A stretch of DNA of 64,000 nt, from positions 23,808,001 through 23,872,000 of the forward strand of contig OZ024744.1 in NCBI GenBank assembly GCA_964016885.1, written 5' to 3'. Each line of letters starts with the position of its first letter. The first letter of the stretch is position 1. Positions 12,001 through 26,400 of this stretch are shown here, piece after piece. The DNA comes from Eledone cirrhosa (taxonomy: Eukaryota). The translations under genes were made by a program, and so were the position numbers. The notes under the pieces were generated by a model that had not been told where the DNA came from, ran no database searches, and worked only from the letters and a program-made list of their open reading frames with translations.

Positions 12001-15000
12001 ACATTTGAATCTTAAGAACTGACTCGTTTTAACAACAGCTGAATCTTAAGATAAAACTCTTTTTAACAACAGTTGAATCTTAAGAACTGACTCGTTTTAT
12101 CAACAGTTCAACCTGAAGAACTGACTCGTTTTAACAACAGTTGAATCTTCAAATAAAACTCGTTTTAACAACAGTTGAATCTTAAGAACTGACTCGTTTT
12201 AACAACAGTTGAATCTTAAGATAAAACTCGTTTTAACAACAGTTGAATCTTAAGAACTGACTCGTTTTAACAACAGGTGAATCTTAAGAACTGACTGGTT
12301 TTAACAACAGTTGAATCTTAAATAAAACTCGTTTTAACAAAGGTTGAATATTAGGAACTGACTCGTTTTAAACAACAGTTGAATCTTAAGATAAAATTCG
12401 TTTTAACAACAGTTGAATCTTAAGAACTGACTCGTTTTAACAACAGTTGAATCTTAAGAACTGACTGGTTTTAACAACAGATGAATCTTAAGAACTGACT
12501 CGTTTTAACAACAGTTCAACCTTAAGAACTGACTAGTTTTAACAACAGTTGAATCTCAAGAACTGACTCGTTTTAACAACAGATGAATCTTGAGATAAAA
12601 CTCGTTTTAACAACAGTTGAATCTTAAGAAATGACTCGTTTTAATAACAGTTGAATCTTAAGAACTGACTCGTTTTAACAACAGTTCAACCTGAAGAACA
12701 GACTCGTTGTAACAACAGTTGAAACTTCAAATAAAACTCGTTTTAACCACAGTTGAATCTTAAGAACTGAATCATTTTAAAAACAGTTGAATCTTAAGAA
12801 CTGACTCGTGTTAACAACAATTGAATCTTAAGATAAAACTCGTTTTAACAAAAGTTGAATCTTAAGAACTGACTCGTTTTAACAACAGTTCAACCTTAAG
12901 AACTGACTAGTTTTAACAACAGTTTAATCTTAGAATAAAATTCGTTTTAACAACAGTTGAATCTTAAGAACTGACTCGTTTTAACAAAAGTTGAATCTTA
13001 CGAACTGACTCGTTTTAACAATAGTTGTCTCTTAAGATAAAACTCGTTTTAACAACAGTTGAATTTTAAAACTGACTCGTTTTAACAACAGTTCTAACTT
13101 AAGAACTGATTCGTTTTAACAGCAGTTGAATCTTAAAATAAAATTCGTTTAACAACAGTTGAATCTTAAGAACTGGCTCGTTTTAACATCACATGCATAT
13201 TATGATAAAACTCGTTTTAACAACAGCTGTATCTTAAGAACTGACTCGATATAACAACAGTTGAACCTTAAGAACTACCTAGTTTTAACAACAGTTGAAT
13301 GTTAAGAACTGACTCGTTTTAACAACAGTTCAATCTTAAGATAAAACTGATTATAACAACAGTTGCATCTTAAGAACTGACTTGTTTTAACAACAGTTGA
13401 ATCTGAAGAACTGACTCGTTTTAACAACAGTTGAATCTGAAGATAAAACTCGTTTAACAACAGTTGAATCTTAAGAACTGACTCGTTTTAACGACAGATG
13501 AATCTTATGATAAAACTCGTTTTAACAACAGTTGAATCTTCAAATTAAACTCTTTTTAATAACAGTTGAATCATAAGAACTGATTCGTTTTAACAACAGT
13601 TGAATCTTAAGATAAAACTCATTTTAACAACAGTTGAATCTTAAGATAAAACTCGTTTTAACAACAGTTGAATCTTAAGAACTGACTCGTTTTAATAACA
13701 GTTGAATCTTCAAATAAAACTCGTTTTAACAACAGTTGAATCTTAAGAACTGATTCGTTTTAACAACAGCTGAATCTTAAGATAAACTCGTTTTAACAAC
13801 AGTTGAATCTTAAGATAAACCTCGTTTTAACAACATTTGAATCTTAAGAACTGACTCGTTTTAACAACAGCTGCATCTTAAGATAAAACTAGTTTTAACA
13901 ACAGTTGAATCTTAAGAACTGACTCGTTTTATCAACAGTTCAACCTGAAGAATTACTCGTTTTAACAACAGTTGAATCTTCAAATAAAACTCGTTTTAAC
14001 AACAGTTGAATCTTAAGAACTGACTCGTTTTAACAACAGTTGAATCTTAAGATAAAACTCGTTTTAACAACAGCTGAATCTTAAGATAAAACTCGTTTTA
14101 ACAACAGTTGAATCTTAAGAACTGACTCGTTTTAACAACAGGTGAATCTTAAGAACTGACTGGTTTTAACAACAGTTGAATCTTAAATAAAACTCGTTTT
14201 AACAAAGGTTGAATATTAAGAACTGACTCGTTTTAAACAACAGTTGAATCTTAAGATAAAATTCGTTTTAACAAAAGTTGAATCTTACGAACTGACTCGT
14301 TTTAACAACAGTTGAATCTTAAGAACTGACTCATTTTAACAACAGTTCAATCTTAAGAACTGATTCGTTTTAACAACAGTTGAATCTTAAGATAAAACTA
14401 GTTTTAATAACTGTTGAATCTTAAGATAAAACTCGTTTTAACAAGAGTTGAATCTTAAGAACTGACTCGTTTTAACAACAGTTGAATCTTAAATAAAACT
14501 CGTTTTAACAACAGTTGAATCTTAAGAACTGACTCGTTTTAACAACAGTTGAATCTTAAGAAATGACTCGTTTTAATAACAGTTGAATCTTAAGAACTGA
14601 CTCGTTTTAACAACAGTTCAACCTAAAGAACTGACTCGTTTTAACGACAGATGAATCTTAAGATAAACTCGTTTTAACAACAGTTGAATCTTAAGATAAA
14701 ACTCGTTTTAACAACAGTTGAATTTTAAAACTGACTCGTTTTAACAACAGTTCAAACTTAAGAACTGATTCGTTTTAATAACAGTTGAATCTTCAAATAA
14801 AACTCGTTTTAACAACAGTTGAATCTTAAGAACTGATTCGTTTTAACAACAGCTGAATCTTAAGATAAACTCGTTTTAACAACAGTCGAATCTTAAGATA
14901 AACCTCGTTTTAACAACATTTGAATCTTAAGAACTGACTCGTTTTAACAACAGCTGCATCTTAAGATAAAACTCGTTTTAACAACAGTTAAATCTTAAGA

Positions 15001-18000
15001 ACTGACTCGTTTTATCAACAGTTCAACCTGAAGAACTGACTCGTTTTAACAACAGTTGAATCTTTAAATAAAACTCGTTTTAACAACAGTTGAATCTTAA
15101 GAACTGACTCGTTTTAACAACAGTTGAATCTTAAGATAAAACTCGTTTTAACAACAGCTGAATCTTAAGATAAAACTCGTTTTAACAACAGTTGAATCTT
15201 AAGAACTGACTCGTTTTAACAACAGGTGGATCTTAAGAACTGACTGGTTTTAACAACAGTTGAATCTTAAATAAAACTCGTTTTAACAAAGGTTGAATAT
15301 TAAGAACTGACTCGTTTTAAACAACAGTTGAATCTTAAGATAAAATTCGTTTTAACAAAAGTTGAATCTTACGAACTGACTCGTTTTAACAATAGTTGTC
15401 TCTTAAGATAAAACTCGTTTTAACAACAGTTGAATTTTAAAACTGACTCGTTTTAACAACAGTTCAAACTTAAGAACTGATTCGTTTTAACAACAGTTGA
15501 ATCTTAAAGTAAAATTCGTTTAACAACAGTTGAATCTTAAGGACTGGCTCGTTTTAACATCACATGTATATTATGATAAAACTCGTTTTAACAACAGCTG
15601 TATCTTAAGAACTGACTCGATATAACAACAGTTGAATCTTAAGAACTACCTCGTTTTAACAACAGTTGAATGTTAAGAACTGACTCGTTTTAACAACAGT
15701 TCAATCTTAAGATAAAACTGATTATAACAACAGTTGCCTCTTAAGAACTGACTTGTTTTAACAACAGTTGGATCTTAAGAACTGACTCGTTTTAACGACA
15801 GATGAATCTTATGATAAAACTCGTTTTAACAACAATTGAATCTTAAGAACTGATTCGTTTTAACAACAGTTGAATGTTAAGATAAAACTAGTTTTAACAA
15901 CAGTTGAATCTTAAGAACTGACTCGTTTTAACAACAGTTGAAACTTCAAATAAAACTCGTTTTAACAACAGTTGAATCTTAAGAACTGACTCATTTTAAC
16001 AACAGTTCAATCTTAAGAACTGATTCGTTTTAACAACAGTTGAATCTTAAGATAAAACTAGTTTTAATAACTGTTGAATCTTAAGATAAAACTCGTTTTA
16101 ACAAGAGTTGAATCTTAAGAACTGACTCGTTTTAGCAACAGTTGAATCTTAAATAAAACTCGTTTTAACAACAGTTGAATCTTAAGAACTGACTCGTTTT
16201 AACAACAGTTGAATCTTAAGAACTGACTGGTTTTAACAACAGATGAATCTCAAGAACTGACTCGTTTTAACAACAGTTCAACCTTAAGAACTGACTAGTT
16301 TTAACAACAGTTGAATCTCAAGAACTGACTCGTTTTAACAACAGTTGAATCTTAAGATAAAACTCGTTTTAACAACAGTTGAATCTTAAGAAATGACTCG
16401 TTTTAATAACAGTTGAATCTTAAGAACTGACTCGTTTTAACAACAGTTCAACCTTAAGAACTGACTCGTTGTAACAACAGTTGAAACTTCGAATAAAACT
16501 CGTTTTAACCACAGTTGAATCTTAAGAACTGAATCATTTTAACAACAGTTGAATGTTAAGAACTGACTCGTGTTAACAACAATTGAATCTTAAGATAAAA
16601 CTCGTTTTAACAAAAGTTGAATCTTAAGAACTGACTCGTTTTAACAACAGTTCAGCCTTAAGAACTGACTAGTTTTAACAACAGTTTAATCTTAGAATAA
16701 AACTCGTTTTAACAACAGTTGAATCATAAGAACTGATTCGTTTTAACAACAGTTGAATCTTAAGATAAAACTCGTTTTAACAACAATTGAATCTTAAGAA
16801 CTGACTCGTTTTAACAACGGCTGAATCTTAAGATAAAACTCGTTTTAACGACAATTGAATCTTAAGAACTGACTCGTTTTATCAACAGTTCAACCTTAAG
16901 AACTGACTCATTTTAACAACAGTTGAATCTTCAAATAAAACTCGTTTTAACAACAGTTGAATCTTAAGAACTGAATCGTTTTAACATCAGCTGAATCTTA
17001 AGATAAACTCGTTTTAACAACAGTTGAATCTTAAGATAAATCTCGTTTTAACAACATTTGAATCTTAAGAACTGACTCGTTTTAACAACAGCTGAATCTT
17101 AAGATAAAACTCGTTTTAACAACAGTTAAATCTTAAGAACTGACTCGTTTTAACAACAGTTGAATCTTAAGAACTGACTCGTTTTAACAACAGGTGAATC
17201 TTAAGAACTGACTGGTTTTAACAACAGTTGAATCTTAAATAAAACTCGTTTTAACAAAGGTTGAATATTAAGAACTGACTCGTTTTAAACAACAGTTGAA
17301 TCTTAAGATAAAATTCGTTTTAACAACAGTTGAATCTTAAGAACTGATTCGTTTTAACAACAGTTCAACCTAAGAACAGACTCGTTTTAACAACAGTTGA
17401 ATCTTAAATAAAACTCGTTTTAACAACAGTTGAATCTTAAGAACTGACTCGTTTTAACAACAGTTGAATCTTAAGAACTGACTGGTTTTAACAACAGATG
17501 AATCTTAAGAACTGACTCGTTTTAACAACAGTTCAACCTTAAGAACTGACTAGTTTTAACAACAGTTGAATCTCAAGAACTGACTCGTTTTAACAACAGA
17601 TGAATCTTGAGATAAAACTCGTTTTAACAACAGTTGAATCTTAAGAAATGACTCGTTTTAATAACAGTTGAATCTTAAGAACTGACTCGTTTTAACAACA
17701 GTTCAACCTGAAGAACTGACTCGTTGTAACAACAGTTGAAACTTCAAATAAAACTCGTTTTAACCACAGTTGAATCTTAAGAACTGAATCATTTTAACAA
17801 CAGTTGAATCTTAAGAACTGACTCGTGTTAACAACAATTGAATCTTCAGATAAAACTCGTTTTAACAAAAGTTGAATCTTAAGAACTGACTCGTTTTAAC
17901 AACAGTTCAACCTTAAGAACTGACTAGTTTTAACAACAGTTTAATCTCAGAATAAAATTCGTTTTAACAACAGTTGAATTTTAAAACTGACTCGTTTTAA

Positions 18001-21000
18001 CAACAGTTCAAACTTAAGAACTGATTCGTTTTAACAACAGTTGAATCTTAAAATAAAATTCGTTTAACAACAGTTGAATCTTAAGAACTGGCTCGTTTTA
18101 ACATCACATGTATATTATGATAAAACTCGTTTTAACAACAGCTGTATCTTAAGAGCTGACTCGATATAACAACAGTTGAATCTTAAGAACTACCTAGGTT
18201 TAACAACAGTTGAATGTTAAGAACTGACTCGTTTTAACAACAGTTCAATCTTAAGATAAAACTGATTATAACAACAGTTGCATCTTAAGAACTGAGATTG
18301 TTTTAACAACAGTTGAATCTGAAGAACTGACTCGTTTTAACAACAGTTGAATCTGAAGATAAAACTCGTTTAACAACAGTTGAATCTTAAGAACTGACTC
18401 GTTTTAACGACAGATGAATCTTATGATAAAACTCGTTTTAACAACAGTTGAATCTTAAGAACTGACTCGTTTTAACAACAGTTGAAACTTCAAATAAAAC
18501 TCGTTTTAACAACAGTTGAATCTTAAGAACTGACTCATTTTAACAACAGTTCAATCTTAAGAACTGATTCGTTTTAACAACAGTTGAATCTTAAGATAAA
18601 ACTAGTTTTAATAACTGTTGAATCTTAAGATAAAACTCGTTTTAACAAGAGTTGAATCTTAAGAACTGACTCGTTTTAACAACAGTTGAATCTTAATTAA
18701 AACTCGTTTTAACAACAGTTGAATCTTAAGAACTGCCTCGTTTTATCAACAGTACAACCTTAAGAACTGACTCGTTTTAACAACAGTTGAATCTTCAAAT
18801 AAAACTCGTTTTAACAACAGTTGAATCTTAAGAACTGACTCGTTTTAACAACAGTTGAATCTTAAGATAAAACTCGTTTTAACAACAGTTGAATCTTAAG
18901 AACTGACTCGTTTTAACAACAGATGAATCTTAAGATCAAACTCGTTTTAACAACAGTTGAATCTTAAGAACTGACTCGTTTTAATAACAGTTGAATCTTA
19001 AGAACTGACTCATTTTAGCAACAGTTGAATCTTAAGAACTGACTCGTTTTAACAACAGCTGAATCTTAAGATAAACTCGTTTTAACAACAGTTGAATCTT
19101 AAGATAAAACTCGTTTTAACAACAGTTGAATCATAAGAACTGACTCGTTTTAACAACAGCTGAATCTTAAGATAAAACACGTGTTAACAACAGTTGAATC
19201 TTAAGAACTGACTCGTTTTATCAACAGTTCAACCTTACGAACTGACTCATTTTAACAACAGTTGAATCTTCAAATAAAACTCGTTTTAACAACAGTTGAA
19301 TCTTAAGAACTGACTCATTTAACAACAGTTCAATCTTAAGAACGGATTCGTTTTAACAACAGTTGAATCTTAAGATAAAACTAGTTTTAATAACTGTTGA
19401 ATCTTAAGATAAAACTCGTTTTAACAAGAGTTGAATCTTAAGAACTGACTCGCTTTAACAACAGTTGAATCTTAAATAAAACTCGTCTTATCAACAGTTT
19501 TATCTTAAGAACTGACTCGTTTTAACAACAGTTGAATCTTAAGAACTGATTGGTTTTAACAACAGATGAATCGTAAGAACTGACTCGTTTTAACAACAGT
19601 TCAACCTTAAGAACTGACTAGTTTTAATAACAGTTGAATCTCAAGAACTGACTGGTTTTAACAACAGTTGAATCTTAAGATAAAACTCGTTTTAACAGCA
19701 GTTGAATCTTAAGAAATGACTCGTTTTAATAACAGTTGAATCTTAAGAACTGACTCGTTTTAACAACAGTTCAACCTTAAGAACTGACTCGTTGTAACAA
19801 CAGTTGAAACTTAAAATAAAATTCGTTTAACAACAGTTGAATCTTAAGAACTGGCTCGTTTTAACATCACATGTATATTATGATAAAACTCGTTTTAACA
19901 ACAGTTGAATCTTAAAACTGACTCGTTTTAACAACAGTTCAAACTTAAGAACTGATTCGTTTTAACAACAGTTGAATCTTAAAATAAAATTCGTTTAACG
20001 ACAGGTAAATCTTAAGAACTGGTTCGTTTTAACATCACATGTATATTATGATAAAACTCGTTTTAACAACAGGTGTATCTTAAGAACTGACTCGATATAA
20101 CAACAGTTGAATCTTAAGAACTACCTCGTTTTAACAACAGTTGAACGTTAAGAACTGACTCGTTTTAACAACAGTTCAATCTTAAGATAAAACTGATTAT
20201 AACAACAGTTGCATCTTAAGAACTGACTCGTTTTAACAACAGTTGAATCTTAAGAACTGACTCGTTTTAACGACAGATGAATCTTAAGATAAAACTCGTT
20301 TTAACAACAATTGAATCTTAAGAACTGATTCGTTTTAACAACAGTTGAATCTTAAGATAAAACTAGTTTTAACAACAGTTGAATCTTAAGAACTGACTCG
20401 TTTTAACAACAGTTGAAACTTCAAATAAAACTCGTTTTAACAACAGTTGAATCTTAAGAACTGACTCATTTTAACAACAGTTCAATCTTAAGAACTGACT
20501 CATTTTAACAACAGTTCAATCTTAAGAACTGATTCGTTTTAACAACAGTTGAATCTTAAGATAAAACTAGTTTTAATAACTGTTGAATCTTAAGATAAAA
20601 CTCGTTTTAACAAGAGTTGAATCTTAAGAACTGACTCGTTTTAACAACAGTTGAATCTTAAATAAAACTCGTTTTAACAACAGTTGAATCTTAAGAACTG
20701 ACTCGTTTTAACAACAGTTGAATCTTAAGAACTGACTGGTTTTAACAACAGATGAATCTCAAGAACTGACTCGTTTTAACAACAGTTCAACCTTAAGAAC
20801 TGACTAGTTTTAACAACAGTTGAATCTCAAGAACTGACTCGTTTTAACAACAGTTGAATCTTAAGATAAAACTCGTTATAACAACAGTTGAATCTTAAGA
20901 AATGACTCGTTTTAATAACAGTTGAATCTTAAGAACTGACTCGTTTTAACAACAGTTCAACCTTAAGAACTGACTCGTTGTAACAACAGTTGAAACTTCA

Positions 21001-23450
21001 AATAAAACTCGTTTTAACCACAGTTGAATCTTAAGAACTGAATCATTTTAACAACAGTTGAATCTTAAGAACTGACTCGTGTTAACAACAATTGAATCTT
21101 AAGATAAAACTCGTTTTAACAAAAGTTGAATCTTAAGAACTGACTCGTTTTAACAACAGTTCAGCCTTAAGAACTGACTAGTTTTAACAACAGTTTAATC
21201 TTAGAATAAAACTCGTTTTAACAACAGTTGAATCATAAGAACTGATTCGTTTTAACAACAGTTGAATCTTAAGATAAAACTCGTTTTAACAACAATTGAA
21301 TCTTAAGAACTGACTCGTTTTAACAACGGCTGAATCTTAAGATAAAACTCGTTTTAACGACAGTTGAATCTTAAGAACTGACTCGTTTTATCAACAGTTC
21401 AACCTTAAGAACTGACTCATTTTAACAACAGTTGAATCTTCAAATAAAACTCGTTTTAACAACAGTTGAATCTTAAGAACTGAATCGTTTTAACATCAGC
21501 TGAATCTTAAGATAAACTCGTTTTAACAACAGTTGAATCTTAAAATAAATCTCGTTTTAACAACATTTGAATCTTAAGAACTGACTCGTTTTAACAACAG
21601 CTGAATCTTAAGATAAAACTCGTTTTAACAACAGTTGAATCTTAAGAACTGACTCGTTTTATCAACAGTTCAACCTGAAGAACTGACTCGATTTAACAAC
21701 AGTTGAATCTTAAGAACTGACTCGTTTTAACAACAGGTGAATCTTAAGAACTGACTGGTTTTAACAACAGTTGAATCTTAAATAAAACTCGTTTTAACAA
21801 AGGTTGAAAATTAAGAACTGACTCGTTTTAAACAACAGTTGAATCTTAAGATAAAATTCGTTTTAACAACAGTTGAATCTTAAGGACTGATTCGTTTTAA
21901 CAACAGTTCAACCTAAGAACAGACTCGTTTTAACAACAGTTGAATCTTAAATAAAACTCGTTTTAACAACAGTTGAATCTTAAGAACTGACTCGTTTTAA
22001 CAACAGTTGAATCTTAAGAACTGACTGGTTTTAACAACAGATGAATCTTAAGAACTGACTCGTTTTAACAACAGTTCAACCTTAAGAACTGACTAGTTTT
22101 AACAACAGTTGAATCTTAAGAACTGACTCGTTTTAACAACAGTTGAATCTTAAGAAATGACTCGTTTTAATAACAGTTGAATCTTAAGAACTGACTCGTT
22201 TTAACAACAGTTCAACCTGAAGAACTGACTCGTTGTAACAACAGTTGAAACTACAAATAAAACTCGTTTTAACCACAGTTGAATCTTAAGAACTGAATCA
22301 TTTTAACAACAGTTGAATCTTAAGAACTGACTCGTGTTAACAACAATTGAATCTTCAGATAAAACTCGTTTTAACAAAAGTTGAATCTTAAGAACTGACT
22401 CGTTTTAACAACAGTTCAACCTTAAGAACTTACTAGTTTTAACAACAGTTTAATCTCAGAATAAAATTCGTTTTAACAACAGTTGAATCTTAAGAACTGA
22501 CTCGTTTATACAAAAGTTGAATCTTACGAACTGACTCGTTTTAACAATAGTTGTCTCTTAAGATAAAACTCGTTTTAACAACAGTTGAATTTTAAAACTG
22601 ACTCGTTTTAACAACAGTTCAAACTTAAGAACTCATTCGTTTTAACAACAGTTGAATCTTAAAATAAAATTCGTTTAACAACAGTTGAATCTTAAGAACT
22701 GGCTCGTTTTAACATCACATGTATATTATGATAAAACTCGTTTTAACAACAGCTGTATCTTAAGAGCTGACTCGATATAACAACAGTTGAATCTTAAGAA
22801 CTACCTAGTTTTAACAACAGTTGAATGTTAAGAACTGACTCGTTTTAACAACAGTTCAATCTTAAGATAAAACTGATTATAACAACAGTTGCATCTTAAG
22901 AACTGAGATTGTTTTAACAACAGTTGAATCTGAAGAACTGACTCGTTTTTACAACAGTTGAATCTGAAGATAAAACTCGTTTAACAACAGTTGAATCTTA
23001 AGAACTGACTCGTTTTAACGACAGATGAATCTTATGATAAAACTCGTTTTAACAACAATTGAATCTTAAGAACTGAGTCGTTTTAACAACAGTTGAATCT
23101 TAAGATAAAACTAGTTTTAACAACAGTTGAATCTTAAGATAAAACTAGTTTTAACAACAGTTGAATCTTAAGAACTGACTCGTTTTAACAACAGTTGAAA
23201 CTTCAAATAAAACTCGTTTTAACAACAGTTGAATCTTAAGAACTGACTCATTTTAACAACAGTTCAATCTTAAGAACTGATTCGTTTTAACAACAGTTGA
23301 ATCTTAAGATAAAACTAGTTTTAATAACTGTTGAATCTTAAGATAAAACTCGTTTTAACAAGAGTTGAATCTTAAGAACTGACTCGTTTTAACAACAGTT
23401 GAATCTTAATTAAAACTCGTTTTAACAACAGTTGAATCTTAAGAACTGAC
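1..23450 (+). repeat. Satellite domain 1: multi-kb irregular higher-order repeat with private diverged monomers
   Basis: The marker CATG(T/C)ATATTATG occurs at 471, 3322, 4643, 7153, 9663, 13192, 15563, 18107, 19870, 20038 and 22718. Other private variants are AAAGGTTGAA, CGTTGTAAC, AACCACAG and GAACTACCT. None of these was seen after ~23.5 kb. Confidence 0.85.
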
Positions 23451-26400
23451 TCGTTTTAACAACAGTTGAATCTTAAGAACTGACTCGTTTTAATAACAGT
23501 TGAATCTTAAGAACTGACTCGTTTTAGCAACAGTTGAATCTTAAGAACTGATTCGTTTTAACAACAGCTGAATCTTAAGATAAACTCGTTTTAACAACAG
23601 TTGAATCTTAAGATAAAACTCGTTTTAACAACAGTTGAATCTTAAGAACTGACTCGTTTTATCAACAGTTCAACCTTAAGAACTGACTCATTTTAACAAC
23701 AGTTGAATCTTCAAATAAAACTCCTTTTAACAACAGTTGAATCTTAAGAACTGACTCGTTTTAACAACAGTTCAATCTTAAGATAAAACTCGTTTTAACA
23801 ACAATTGAATCTTAAGAACTGATTCGTTTTATCAACAGTTGAATCTTAAGATAAAACTAGTTTTAACAACAGTTGAATCTTAAGAACTGACTCGTTTTAA
23901 CAACAGTTGAAACTTCAAATAAAACTCGTTTTAACAACAGTTGAATCTTAAGAACTGACTCATTTTAACAACAGTTCAATCTTAAGAACTGATTCGTTTT
24001 AACAACAGTTGAATCTTAAGATAAAACTAGTTTTACAACAGTTGAATCTTAAGAACTGACTCGTTTTAACAACAGTTGAAACTTCAAATAAAACTCGTTT
24101 TAACAACAGTTGAATCTTAAGAACTGACTCATTTTAACAACAGTTCAATCTTAAGAACTGATTCGTTTTAACAACAGTTGAATCTTAAGATAAATCTAGT
24201 TTTATAACTGTTCAATCTTAAGATGAAACTCGTTTTAACAAGAGTTGAATCTTAAGAACTGACTCGTTTTAACAACAGTTGAATCTTAAGATAAAACTCG
24301 TTTTAACAACAGTTGAATCTTAAGACCTGACTCGTTTTAACAACAGTTCAACCTTAAGAACTGACTCGTTTTAACAACAGTTGAATCTTCAATTAAAACT
24401 TGTTTTAACAACAGTTGAATCTTTAGAACTGACTCGTTTCAACAACAGTTGAATCTTATGATAAAACTCATTTAACAACAGTTGAATCTTAAGATAAAAC
24501 TCGTTTTAACAACAGTTGAATCTTAAGAACTGACTCGTTTTAACAACAGCTGAATCTTAAGATAAAGCTCGTATTAACAACAGTTGAATCTTAAGAACTG
24601 ACTCGTTTTATCAACAGTACAACCTTAAGAACTGACTCGTTTTAACAACAGTTGTATCTTCAAATAAAACTCGTTTTAACAACAGTTGAATTTTAAGAAC
24701 TGACTCGTTTTAACAACAGTTGAATCTTAAGATAAAACTCGTTTTAGCAACAGTTGAATCTTAAGAACTGACTCGTTTTAACAACAGCTGAATCTTAAGA
24801 TAAAACTCGTTTTAACAACAGTTGAATCTTAAGAACTGACTCGTTTTAACAACAGTTGAATCTTAAGAACTGACTCGTTTTAATAACAGTTGAATCTTAA
24901 GAACTGACTCGTTTTAGCAACAGTTGAATCTTAAGAACTGATTCGTTTTAACAACAGCTGAATCTTAAGATAAACTCGTTTTAACAACAGTTGAATCTTA
25001 AGATAAAACTCGTTTTAACAACAGTTGAATCTTAAGAACTGACTCGTTTTATCAACAGTTCAACCTTAAGAACTGACTCATTTTAACAACAGTTGAATCT
25101 TCAAATAAAACTCCTTTTAACAACAGTTGAATCTTAAGAACTGACTCGTTTTAACAACAGCTGAATTTTAAGATAAACTCGTTTTAACAACAGTTGAATC
25201 TTAAGAACTGACTCGTTTTAACAACAGCTAAATCTTAAGATAAAACTCGTTTTAACAACAGTTGAATCTTAAGAACTGACTCGTTTTAACAACAGTTGAA
25301 TCTACAAATAAACCTCGTTTTAACAACAGTTTAATCTTAAGAACAGACTCGTTTTAACAACAGTTGAATCTTAAGATAAAATTCGTTTTAACAACAGTTG
25401 AATCTTAAGAACTTATTCGTTTTAACAACAGTTCAAACTTAAGAACTGACTCGTTTTAACAACAGTTGAATCTTAAGATAAAACTCGTTTTAACAACAGT
25501 TGAATCTTAAGAACTGACTCGTTTTATCAACAGTTCAACCTTAAGAACTGACTCGTTTTATCAACAGTACAACCTTAAGAACTGACTCGTTTTAACAACA
25601 GTTGAATCTTCAAATAAAACTCGTTTTAACAACAGTTGAATCTTAAGAACTGACTCGTTTTAACAACAGTTGAATCTTAAGAACTGACTCGTTTTAACAA
25701 CAGATGAATCTTAAGATAAAACTCGTTTTAACAACAGTTGAATCTTAAGAACTGACTTGTTTTAACAACAGTTGAATCGTAAGAACTGACTCGTTTTAAT
25801 AACAGTTGAATCTTAAGAACTGACTCGTTTTAGCAACAGTTGAATCTTAAGAACTGACTCGTTTTATCAACAGTTCAACCTTAAGAACTGACTCATTTTA
25901 ACAACAGTTGAATCTTCAAATATAACTCGTTTTAACAACAGTTGAATCTTAAGAACTGATTCGTTTTAACAACAGCTGAATCTTAAGATAAACTCGTTTT
26001 AACAACAGTTGAATCTTAAGAACTGACTCGTTTTAACAACAGCTGAATCTTAAGATAAAACTCGTTTTAACAACAGTTGAATCTTAAGAACTGACTCGTT
26101 TTATCAACAGTTCAACCTTAAGAACTGACTCATTTTAACAACAGTTGAATCTTCAAATAAAACTCGTTTTAACAACAGTTGAATCTTTAGAACTGACTCG
26201 TTTCAACAACAGTTGAATCTTATGATAAAACTCATTTAACAACAGTTGAATCTTAAGATAAAACTCCTTTTAACAACAGTTGAATCTTAAGAACTGACTC
26301 GTTTTAACAACAGTTGAATCTTAAGATAAAGCTTGTATTAACAACAGTTGAATCTTAAGAACTGACTCGTTTTATCAACAGTAGAACCTTAAGAACTGAC

